From Macrostomum hystrix (taxonomy: Eukaryota; Animalia; Platyhelminthes), in assembly GCA_950097015.1 (NCBI GenBank), contig CATNEN010000024.1, positions 3,286,001 to 3,350,000 of the forward strand: 64,000 nucleotides of DNA, given 5' to 3'. Both the position numbers and the translations under genes were made by a program. Below the pieces are notes generated by a model. That model saw nothing but the letters and a program-made list of their open reading frames with translations, was not told the origin of the DNA and did no database searches. Below, piece by piece: positions 46,401 through 56,230 of this stretch (position 1 is the first letter of the stretch; every line of letters begins with the position of its first letter).

Positions 46401-49055
46401 GCCGCGGAGAGAAGGCTTGGGGGCTTGTTGTGCAATTTACACCCGTGAAGGCCAACCACCAAGTCACAGAGAAAGTGTACAGTGACTGATAATGCATGAG
46501 AAAGTCAGGGCAGATGTGAACACAAGCTGTGTGAGTGCGCCTGTGTTCGGTATCCGTGTGTGTGTGCGTGTGTGCTCAGGAGTCAGCGAAATGGGCAGAA
46601 TTGCCTCCTCGCTGGCTGCGGGTCTAGTGTCACCAATTGATGTCCTATTGCCTAAAATTTCACTTTTTGACAATGACCTTCAGGCTCTTTGCATAGAGTT
46701 AATTGCCCCGTGGCAATGGGGTTGCTTGAAACTTTAACCAATGATAATCATAGGGCCTCAATTGCTTGCAGCCCTCCTGTAATTATTATTGTTACTATAG
46801 CTCTGCAGTTACCCACTTGCTGGGTGAACGGAAGCACTACCTAATCAAGTGTCTTGCTCAAGGACACATTTTTTCCTTGGGTCGCGATTCAAACTCCCGT
46901 CCTCTCGGTGAGAAATCAGAAGCTCTAACCAATGGACTACATGCTCCATCGCTGGTAGATTGCGTGTTGCGTGATACGCTTTTTACTCTTGGGTTTTTCT
47001 TTATAAAGCTAATTTTCGACTAGAAAATAACTTCGTCTTCACTGGTGCAGCAGAAGTGTACTTTTCGGAGTGAAAATAGCGAAGCACTATTTGACACGTG
47101 ATTAGCTACCGCAAATTCTAAACAGCAGAACGTTTTGCGTTTTAACTTTGATAGCCCCTCCCTGTTACGGTGCACCAGGGCTGGGAAATAAAACATTTCA
47201 TGCAGATTTTGTACTAGGCTTTTCGGCATGATCTGGCCTAGGGCACACTTGCTGCCGTTTGCTGATCTCTTTCTGTCTCTCTTCCACATGTGCCGGCTGG
47301 AACCAGTATGTGACCGGAATGCAAAGCACAAACGCACCCACAATGCTATTGCAGGCTGCATTTCAACTTTTCTGGCAAACTATTTCTTTCTGCTTTATCG
47401 CAACTGTAGATTAGAATGAGCGCGAGTACTTTGAGTTCTTTTTGCTAAGCAATTTAATTAAGTACATTATCATGCATTCCATTCAAGTGACGTACGATCA
47501 CAATTGGACAATAATACGAGCTAGTTGCAATCGTGTCATGTACAAGCCATGCTTGTACAGTCACTGTCAGTACAGTGAGAACACGCACTTCTGGCATGAG
47601 GCAATGTATAGAAACTAACCCGTAGATAATAGATAATAGTCCAAGTAAATAAGCACATTTTCTATCCCCAGTTTAGCAGATCGTGTGCGCTGCTGTGGCG
47701 TGACTGCTGAAGCCGGTGTACGAGCGTACATTGCGTATACTGCAGGCGCTTCCCTCTCCATATGCAATGTGACGAAGCTAACACCTTTCCTGCATTTTGT
47801 TTTCTTTGGGAAAGGGTGAAATAATAACTCTGTGACTCTCTGCTTTTATATTTTCTGCGTTACCCAGGGGCGTTAATGTACGCGTACCAATGGTTGCTAG
47901 TTTAAATGAGGACACCAATACGGTATTGTAATAGTTCAACTGAATTCGCACCTGTAGCACATAGCCATAGCCTCGGCTGCGGCTGTTCCCTCGTCTAGTA
48001 AAGAAGCGTTCGCATTCTCCATAGCTGTTAGATCGCAGATCATGGTCTGGAAGTTTAGCAGACTCTCCAGTCGGCCCTGCGAAATCTCCGCTTGGTAGGG
48101 CGTGTACTGGGTGATCCTTTCAATGGGTGCTTTCAATATTAGCCTTCCAGCATGATTTGCTAAACAATCTCCCAAGTAGCTAAGCTCACCATCCAGGATT
48201 CTCCAACACGTTGCGCTGAATGACGGTCGGGATGAAGCAGTTATAATAGCCCATGCCGATGTAGGAGCGCCAGACGTGATTCTCTGCGGCGAGCTCTTTC
48301 AGTGTGAGCAAAAGTTCTGGCTCACCTGCGCAATTGATATATTTTCGTCAAGACTGCAGCTTTATTTCCAGACGAATTTAGCGATAAGAAATGCATCTGT
48401 GTCAGTTGCTTACCGATCGCAGGGTCCAGCTTCAGTTCGTCAGTTAGTCTGATGCTTGCCGGGATCGCCTTCTGAACAACCTCGTCAATTGACTGTAAAA
48501 GAGATGGTCAGGACACGCGAACTGGGAAGGATCTAGGAGTGTGCGATAAAATTTGTCTCTAATATATTAAATGGTGAGTAGCGCGACGGGGCTATCTTCA
48601 TGACCGAAGAAATAACAATAGAATTAGAGCGTAACTAAGAGCAATAGTATATGTGATAATGCTAAAAACGTGATATGCCGATCCAGCTAATTAAGCAGTA
48701 AAACTCTGCTTGTATAATAACTAAACTTTGTGGGCTTAAATTGGCATTTTTAATGTCCTCAGCTTGTATCATTTCTCATGCATGTTGTTCTGTCACATGT
48801 CGACAGTCGCGCATGGTAGCTAATGCTTACCTTCAATCCCATTTCGTTGACCATCTCATGAATATCTTGTGTTGATGGTCCGATGTGTCGAGCAACAAAA
48901 GTACTTGTCTTAGGAAACTTAGGATCGCTCGAAAATTTCTTGATGCTCGTCGTTTGATATGATGAAGATGCGAGAAAAGTCGAAGAGGTTGTAATCAGAG
49001 TCCGAAAGCTGCTAATGTTTAATGTCTGCCGACCTGACAAAAGAAGACGATGCAT
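37489..49055 (-). CDS. GLDC: Glycine dehydrogenase (decarboxylating), mitochondrial; glycine cleavage P protein; 12 exons, 997 aa
   Basis: Exons (minus strand): 48831..49055, 48414..48492, 48190..48325, 47952..48116, 46160..46237, 45914..46061, 45036..45232, 42140..42342, 39992..40596, 38958..39279, 38203..38558, 37489..37968. The total of 2994 nt is in frame and all introns are GT-AG. Motifs [65 protein letters not shown] (PLP lysine) and [18 protein letters not shown] are present. The Ser/Thr-rich basic N-terminus resembles a presequence. Confidence 0.97.
38785..38945. repeat. CA/GA-rich 22-bp repeat next to the GLDC exon 10 donor
   Basis: Unit ACACAGACAGACGCACAGACTG. Confidence 0.9.
39403..39596 (-). 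mobile_element. SINE family A, partial copy in GLDC intron 9
   Basis: GCACAGGCACACACTCACACAGGTGTGTACATCTGCC...AAATTGCACGACAAGCCCCCAAG...GTTAGACCGCTCTGCCAC. Confidence 0.88.
39660..39725 (+). mobile_element. SINE family B, 3' fragment
   Basis: GTCCATGGACTGAACAGCTGTACGCAGCCT...AGCTGCGGC is the reverse complement of 885-935. Confidence 0.75.
39755..39898. repeat. 9-bp repeat in GLDC intron 9 (sense strand CAGGTGAGA / CAGGTTGGA)
   Basis: The plus strand shows ACCTGTCTC and ACCTGTCCA tandem units. Confidence 0.9.
40625..41120. repeat. 20-bp minisatellite next to the GLDC exon 9 acceptor
   Basis: Unit TAGAG(A/G)(T/C)TGTGTAGATCTTA. The variant AATGTGAACATCTTAAAGTG at 40721 and 40941 marks a 220-bp higher-order duplication. 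Confidence 0.95.
41930..42110. repeat. Short repeat array next to the GLDC exon 8 donor
   Basis: GAGTTAA(T/C)AGAGAGAC...GAGAGCTAAGGAGTGACGGC, with 19-20-bp and 39-bp periodicity. Confidence 0.88.
42410..43170. repeat. 12-bp minisatellite next to the GLDC exon 8 acceptor
   Basis: Unit GCAACAGGGT(A/G)G with GCAACAATATAG and GCAACAGGATAG variants. Confidence 0.96.
43716..44246. repeat. Compound pentanucleotide microsatellite
   Basis: (GAGTA)n to about 43867, then an abrupt switch to pure (GAGTG)n. Confidence 0.98.
45345..45840. repeat. 37-bp minisatellite filling most of GLDC intron 6
   Basis: Unit CCATG(A/G)(G/A)T(G/T)AAGGAATAGAATGG(G/A)TTG(G/C)TAATCTAT(C/G). Confidence 0.95.
46313..46790 (+). 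mobile_element. SINE family A, full-length with an insertion of about 115 bp near the tail
   Basis: The head GCCAGAGCGGTCTAACGCG...GGGCTCGATTCCGCGGCGAGG and the body run to about 46650. The tail GCAGCCCTCCTGTAATTATTATTG lies at about 46767-46790. Confidence 0.88.
46800..46945 (-). mobile_element. SINE family B (CORE-like) copy
   Basis: The minus strand reads GTAGTCCATTGGTTAGAGCTTCTG...GGGAGTTTGAATCGCGACC...GTGTCCTTGAGCAAGACACTTGA...GTTCACCCAGC. Confidence 0.7.
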
Positions 49056-49643
49056 TGCTGCAGCTCAAAATAGTCTTGGTTCCACAATAACAATGTGTTT
49101 TAAAACATATCACCGAGACTAGCTAAGAGTAGTTAGATTCGACAAAACAGTGATTGGCTCTTCGCGCTTTCTTATATAGTGAGCAGTTTAAAAGGGAGAA
49201 AATAGTAGGCCTTAAAACAAAACCTACACGTTGCTAAAACAACTCCTCACTCTTACATTAACAAGTGGCTCAAATGAAACACTTATTTATGAGTTAAAAT
49301 GTGTTTAAAAAGCTATCATTTATTATAACTTTTTCTAAAAAGTTAAGAACAGGTTCAGTTTATCGTTGGACATTTAAGCCGGGCGATTAATTAGCAGTGC
49401 GTGTTTACTTGCGGTTTTGTGCAAAAAAAACGATTAGGCCTACTATTACTTTCGAATTCGATCCAAAAAAGCTTTTTTCTTTAAATCATATGAGCGTTTC
49501 CTTTATTGGCTTTAATAGTCTTTTAAACTGAATATTACGCAATTCACTTGTGCTTTACAATAACATTCTGATTCTTAGTCAAAGAATATAAATTTAAGTC
49601 TAAAGCTAACTAAGATCAGGCCATAAAAGCTGTAACAATAGCC
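49056..49643. promoter_or_regulatory. Probable bidirectional promoter between GLDC and TMEM115
   Basis: The two start codons diverge 588 bp apart. GATTGG (reverse CCAAT) is at about 49152 and a TATA-like TTATATA at about 49172. The TSS position is not determinable. Confidence 0.55.
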
Positions 49644-52600
49644 ATGTCTATTGCTGATAGCATTCTAGCTGCATATAAAAAATGCAGTCTTATCACCAAG
49701 CTTATTGGTGGTTTTCTTATTCTTTTCTATGCTCTCTCATTTTTTAAGGAGTCAAAGAAGCTTCTTGCTATTACTCCAGGCTATTTTATGCCTCCTAATT
49801 ACTATGTGTGGACTCTATTTACTTTCATTTTCTATGATGACCACTGGTACTGTGTTGTCATTGACATTGTAACACTTTTCTTTTCTAACACCTTGCTAGA
49901 ACCCCTCTGGGGCCAGAGAGAGCTCATGAAATATCTCCTGATTGTTACTGTAATGAGTGGGTTGATGTGCTTCTTTCTATGTTATTTTCTCTATTTGTTT
50001 ACTTATTCAACACAGCTAATTTTCAATACTCATATTCATGGCATGATTGCATATGCTGCAGCCATTACTGTCGCAGTTAGGCAGACACTTCCAGATGATA
50101 TTATTTTGTCTCTACCAATTGCAAATATAAAAAATCAACACCTATCTTTTATCTGTATGCTAATTGTCATTTGCATGGCAATTTTCCAACTTGTGAACAA
50201 TGTCTACTGCTTCTTATTCATCTGTGGAATAGTTGTATCTTGGACATATCTACGTTTTTATCAAAAACATGGAAATGGTCATCATGGAGACCATTCTGAC
50301 AGCTTTGAGTTTGCAAGGTAAGCTTTTTTAATTATTGCACCTTTTCACTGTGTTTAGTTTAGTATAATCCTTTTATGCCTCAGGTTATATAATGTTTTTC
50401 TTTTTTATACTATATAGGGGCCTAGTCAATTTAGTTGTTTCGATCAAAGTGTTTCTTTAAGTTTGTATATCAAAATATTTGTATGGAAAGAAATTATAGG
50501 GCCTATTTTATCTTTAAGTTATTGCCTTATTTGGATTGAAGGCATATACTAGGCCTAGTGTAGTTAAGAGGGTTCTTATATATTGCCTAACAGCTACCCC
50601 TATGAATTAGGGCCTAGGCCTACAATTTTTTAGTATCACATGGCAAATCAAATCAACTTATTTGACAAAAAAATTTATTATAATAGGCCTATAGATGGAT
50701 AGATAGATAAAAACACATAAGAGCAAATGAACTCTTATAGACACACAGTTGCAAAACTGACAAGCAGGGCAGGCAGCTGTGGCTTGGAGGCTCAGACCCA
50801 GTACCTACAAGTCAGCCACAAAACAGTCAGTCAGTATTACAGTTTTCCCTTGGCCTCAATGTTTCTGCTCTGTCAGCTAGTATGATAGGATAAGGGCCAA
50901 AGGGACTTGGTTGCTATAGTCATGACTTTGTAGGCAGTGGACTAGCAGCATTTAGTGGCACCAGCAGAGGAGGACACTCAGGTCTAGAATGCTGGTATGG
51001 GCCATCAGGTCTCTGGACAGCAACCTCTTAGGTTAGTGCACGCCTAGGGCATAGCATAGCAGGGACCTGTAGAGTGCGTCTAGGGCTTGCTCTCTGGTAT
51101 TGGTTATTGGCACCACTTCCATGCAATATAGTAGGATTGGCTCTACAGCCACATGGAAGATATGCACATTCAGGCCATCCCTCACAGCTAAGTTGAAAGA
51201 CATTCCTAAGTAGGTGCGGGGCATGCCAGGCCTGATTCCTCCTGTCAGAGACGATGGAGTCCAGGCTCATAATTAGTGATACAATGTACTGAAAGCCCTC
51301 TCACATGGCAATGGCATCTTGGTTGGGCAGCACAAGTAGCCTACTGGGTGGTATCAGTGCCCTCAAGCAACACCTGTCAAATAGGGCATGGCATTACTTA
51401 GGGCATACTTAAAAACATTGATTTTAAGTATAACACAAAACGGATACTCTGAAACAAAGTTTTGTCTATGCTCAAGAAAGCCTAATAACTTTTATGTGCA
51501 AGCTTTGTTACAACTAGGCATTGTTATATTATTCTAGAGACCTGACTAGTTCCTAGACAAAGTAGTTGTGCCATAATTAGAATCATGCTTTTTTGGTAAA
51601 ATAAAGCCACTTTATCAAGTTGTTGGAAGATTAAAGAATAGAGCTAGATATATTATTTTTTTGTTTGTCTAGCTATAAAATATATGCCTATGTACTTATA
51701 GTGAGTAAAGTTAGTAAAGCAATGTGATTATATTGATTATAATCAACAAATTACCTACTGTGGCTGATATATCTGTTTTTGTTCTTGTTGTGATCTTACA
51801 TATGATGATAGCTTCCGTTTTATAAAATTGAAACTATCTCTATTTTTATTTTACTGAGTTATATATTTTTCATTATCATTCTTGCTTGCTACTTATCACC
51901 CTTTTCGCATAGTTCATAGTTTTAAAAAAGTTTCAAGAAGGTTACAGCCCATTGGTTAGAGCTTAGCTAGGAATCCAAGATAGAGGATTGTCAGAACTTT
52001 CAGGTGTTTGAATCTGTGTTTATCTGGTCCAAAAGCTTGCAAATATTAAACAATAGTTGCTGTCTTTTAATCGATCTATTGTTACCATTGGGCCGGCAGA
52101 TTCTTCCCAAACCACCTGGTGCCGCCGGTGTCAATATTGGCCAACGCAGTCTTTTCTGTACTGGTTCGACTGCGCATTTGTCGCAAATTCGAGCGTCAAG
52201 TTAGCGCCACTCCGCTATCTGGCGTGGTTGCGCGCGATCCTGACGAGAGCGAACGACGAAAACAGATGGCATTGAAGGCACTCAATGACCGACTGCTGAG
52301 CGCCGGGCACGAGCCAACGCCGTGGCCAAAGGATGTCGGCGGTCCGGCTTCTTCAGCCGCCGCGGTCGCCTCCTCTGCGGCCTCTGCTATCTTAACTATC
52401 TCCGCTGGCCACGATCATTTAAGCTCCGCCGTGGTTGGTGAGAATGTACTTTTACCTTATTGGACCTACCTGGGGCGTCAGCTAAAACAGATAAATGCTT
52501 AACCCGTATAATAATGCAGTAAATGCGCATATAAACTCTCTTTCCTAAGCCCATGTACTCTGCCCATCCCTCCACAGATCCCATGTACTCAGCCCATCCA

Positions 52601-53161
52601 TCCACAGATCCCATGTACTCAGCCCATCCCTCCACAGATCCCATGTACTCAGCCCATCTCTCCACAGATCCCATGAACTCAGCCCATCCATCCACAGATC
52701 CCATGTACTCAGCCCATCTCTCCACAGATCCCATGTACTCAGCCCATCCCTCCACAGATCCCATGTACTCAGCCCATCCCTCCACAGATCCAATGTATTC
52801 AGCCCATCCATCCACAGATCCCATGTACTCAGCCCATCCCTCCACAGATCCCATGTACTCTGCCCATCCCTCCACAGATCCCATGTACTCAGTCCTTAGA
52901 GACTTCATGAATATCGATTTAGCATCGCACTGCCCCTAATTTTCCCATCCCGAAAATGGCTGTCCAGTCGACCTGTCAGAACAGCAGCAGCACCAGGGCT
53001 CGCCGAGTCACAAGACCCTCAGCTCATCTGAGCTTCGCCAACTGCCTGTGCCAGATTTCAGGCCACAGGCGGTGGCGGCCACCGCGGCTGCCGCAGTTGT
53101 CGCCGCATCGACTGCTTCCGGCCAGGCAGCCAGTAAGTCGAAGCCCGATGCAGGAAATTAG
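49644..53161 (+). CDS. TMEM115: Transmembrane protein 115 (rhomboid-like Golgi protein), 3 exons, 401 aa
   Basis: join(49644..50317,52100..52437,52968..53161), 1206 nt, in frame. Motifs ITPGYFMPPNYYVWT, LEPLWGQRELMKY, SWTYLRFYQKH...GDHSDSFEFARFFP and ERRKQMALKALNDRL match TMEM115. Exon 3 is inferred from phase-compatible GT/AG sites. Confidence 0.9.
50990..51310 (-). mobile_element. Decayed non-LTR retrotransposon (LINE) fragment in TMEM115 intron 1
   Basis: The minus-strand translation HIFHVAVEPILLYCMEVVPITNTREQALDALYRSLLCYALGV resembles the post-RT region of LINE ORF2 (..F...V.P.LLY..E.W........LD..Y..LLR..L). Confidence 0.55.
52550..52892. repeat. 30-bp minisatellite in TMEM115 intron 2
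   Basis: Unit CCCATGTACTCAGCCCATCCCTCCACAGAT, about 11 copies. Confidence 0.96.
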
Positions 53162-53974
53162 GCCTAGCCACAATTTCAATCTGAAATTCTCTTCTCTTTT
53201 ATTCTGACGCGAAATGTATGATTTTTTACTAAATAGCAGAATCTAGCAAATTATAATTGTTTGTAGCCTCAGATTGTGACTATTGATCCTTTGAAAGGGT
53301 GTATATAAGTTTCTTAGAAAGTTGATTTCTTCTCTAGAATCAGTTGTGGGACTGAAGGATTTTGTGGAAGCACAGCAAGCTCTTCTATATCCGACACTTG
53401 TTTTCGTGTTTCTTGTTGCACTACTTTTAGTAGTCTATGCTGCTCTTTTGTGTGTCTAAAATTGGGTTTATAGTGTTGCGTATATTATTTTACGTGCAAG
53501 ATCATTCATATGTAATCCGGTATGTACTGGCCTCTTAAAATCTTTGCTTTGTTTTTTTTCTGTATTTTTCTTTCACATTTATGCTTGACATTCCTTAGCA
53601 GAGCAGAAATTCTAGCATATATACTTTTCTGGGAGAAGGCACTGGATCTAGTATATTTATATAGCTTTCTTGTTTGTCTTTATGTGCTCTGTGTGTCAAA
53701 ATAATCTACCCTCATCGCTAAATTATCGTGAAATATTATCTCAAAAATTTAAAACTTCCCCGCTACCGCTGGAGTTACCAAAGCTTTGGTGACAGGCTCG
53801 CTTCAAATTTTTGCGTAATTTATACTTAGTTGTTGATTATTATGTAAATAATTTTACTCGAGCGATAGGCAATAGAAAACTACGCCTGAGCTAATTGATT
53901 AGATAATTGCCTAGCAAAATTCCCTATGCAGACTTGTCCGATGTAAATCAGAGACTTGACAGCCTGCTTAGATC

Positions 53975-56230
53975 AAAGACCAGCCGCCCTATTTTTATCA
54001 AATATCAGCCGCCCAATGTAGATCAAATATCTGCCGCACTGTGTAGATCAAAGACCAGCAGCCCTATGTAGATCAAAGACTAGCCGCCCTCTGTAGATCA
54101 AAGACTAGCCGCCCTATGTAGATCAAAGACTAGCCGCCCTATGTAGATCAAAGACTAGCCGCCCTATGTAGATCAAAGACCAGCCGCTCTATGTAGATCA
54201 AAGACAAGCCGCCCTATGTAGATCAAAGACCAGCAGCCCTATGTAGATCAATGACCAGCAGCCCTATGTAGATCAAAGACTAGCCGCCCTATATAGATCA
54301 AAAACTAGCCGCCCTATGTAGATCAAAGACCAGCCGCTCTATGTAGATCGAAGACCAGCCGCTCCATGTAGATCAAAGACCAGCCGCCCTATGTAGATCA
54401 AAGACCAGCAGCTCTATGTAGATCAAAGACCAGCCGCTCTATGTAGATCGAAGACCAGCCGCCCTATGTAGATCAAAGACCAGCCGCTCTATGTAGATCG
54501 AAGACCAGCCGCCCTATGTAGATCAAAGACCAGCAGCCCTATGTAGATCAAAGACTAGCCGCCCTCTGTAGATCAAAGACTAGCCGCCCTATGTAGATCA
54601 AAGACTAGCCGCCCTATGTAGATCAAAGACTAGCCGCCCTATGTAGATCAAAGACCAGCCGCCCTATGTAGATCAAAGACCAGCAGCCCTATGTAGATCA
54701 AAGACCAGCAGCCCTATGTAGATCAATGACCAGCAGCCCTATGTAGATCAAAGACTAGCCGCCCTATATAGATCAAAAACTAGCCGCCCTATGTAGATCA
54801 AAGACCAGCCGCTCTATGTAGATCGAAGACCAGCCGCTCTATGTAGATCGAAGACCAGCCGCTCCATGTAGATCAAAGACCAGCCGCCCTATGTAGATCA
54901 AAGACCAGCAGCTCTATGTAGATCAAAGACCAGCCGCTCTATGTAGATCGAAGACCAGCCGCCCTATGTAGATCAAAGACCAGCCGCTCTATGTAGATCG
55001 AAGACCAGCCGCCCTATGTAGATCAAAGACCAGCAGCTCTATGTAGATCAAAGACCAGCCGCCCTATGTAGATCAAAGACCAGCCGCTCTATGTAGATCA
55101 AAGACCAGCCGCACTGTGTAGATCAAAGACCAGCCGCCCTATGTAGATCAAAGACCAGCCGCCCTATGTAGATCAAAGACCAGCAGCCCTATGTAGATCA
55201 AAGACCAGCAGCCCTATGTAGATCAAAGACTAGCCGCCCTCTGTAGATCAAAGACTAGCCGCCCTATGTAGATCAAAGACTAGCCGCCCTATGTAGATCA
55301 AAGACTAGCCGCCCTATGTAGATCAAAGACCAGCCGCTCTATGTAGATCAAAGACAAGCCGCCCTATGTAGATCAAAGACCAGCAGCCCTATGTAGATCA
55401 AAGACAAGCCGCTCTATGTAGATCAAAGACAAGCCGCTCTATGTAGATCAAAGACCAGCAGCCCTATGTAGATCAAAGACCAGCAGCCCTATGTAGATCA
55501 AAGACTAGCCGCCCTATATAGATCAAAAACTAGCCGCCCTATGTAGATCAAAGACCAGCCGCTCTATGTAGATCGAAGACCAGCCGCTCCATGTAGATCA
55601 AAGACCAGCCGCCCTATGTAGATCAAAGACCAGCAGCTCTATGTAGATCAAAGACCAGCCGCTCTATGTAGATCGAAGACCAGCCGCCCTATGTAGATCA
55701 AAGACCAGCCGCTCTATGTAGATCGAAGACCAGCCGCCCTATGTAGATCAAAGACCAGCAGCTCTATGTAGATCAAAGACCAGCCGCCCTATGTAGATCA
55801 AAGACCAGCCGCTCTATGTAGATCGAAGACCAGCCGCCCTATGTAGATCAAAGACCAGCCGCTCTATGTAGATCGAAGACCAGCCGCCCTATGTAGATCA
55901 AAGACCAGCAGCTCTATGTAGATCAAAGACCAGCCGCCCTATGTAGATCAAAGACCAGCCGCTCTATGTAGATCGAAGACCAGCCGCCCTATGTAGATCA
56001 AAGACCAGCCGCTCTATGTAGATCGAAGACCAGCCGCCCTATGTAGATCAAAGACCAGCAGCTCTATGTAGATCAAAGACCAGCCGCCCTATGTAGATCA
56101 AAGACCAGCCGCTCTATGTAAATCAAAGACCAGCAGCCCTATGTAGATCAAAGACCAGCCGCTCTATGTAAATCAAAGACCAGCCGCCCTATGTAGATCA
56201 AATATCTGCAGCACTGTGTAGATCAAAGCG
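53975..56230. repeat. 25-bp minisatellite
   Basis: Unit GTAGATCAAAGAC(C/T)AGC(C/A)GC(C/T)CTAT, about 90 copies. Confidence 0.98.

Noticed and set aside
52438-52502. TMEM115 ending at 52502 (…LKQINA*)
   Set aside because: A phase-1 donor at 52438 and an acceptor at 52967 join to an open, GC-rich exon ending at 53161, which is preferred. Read-through to 52502 remains a possible isoform.
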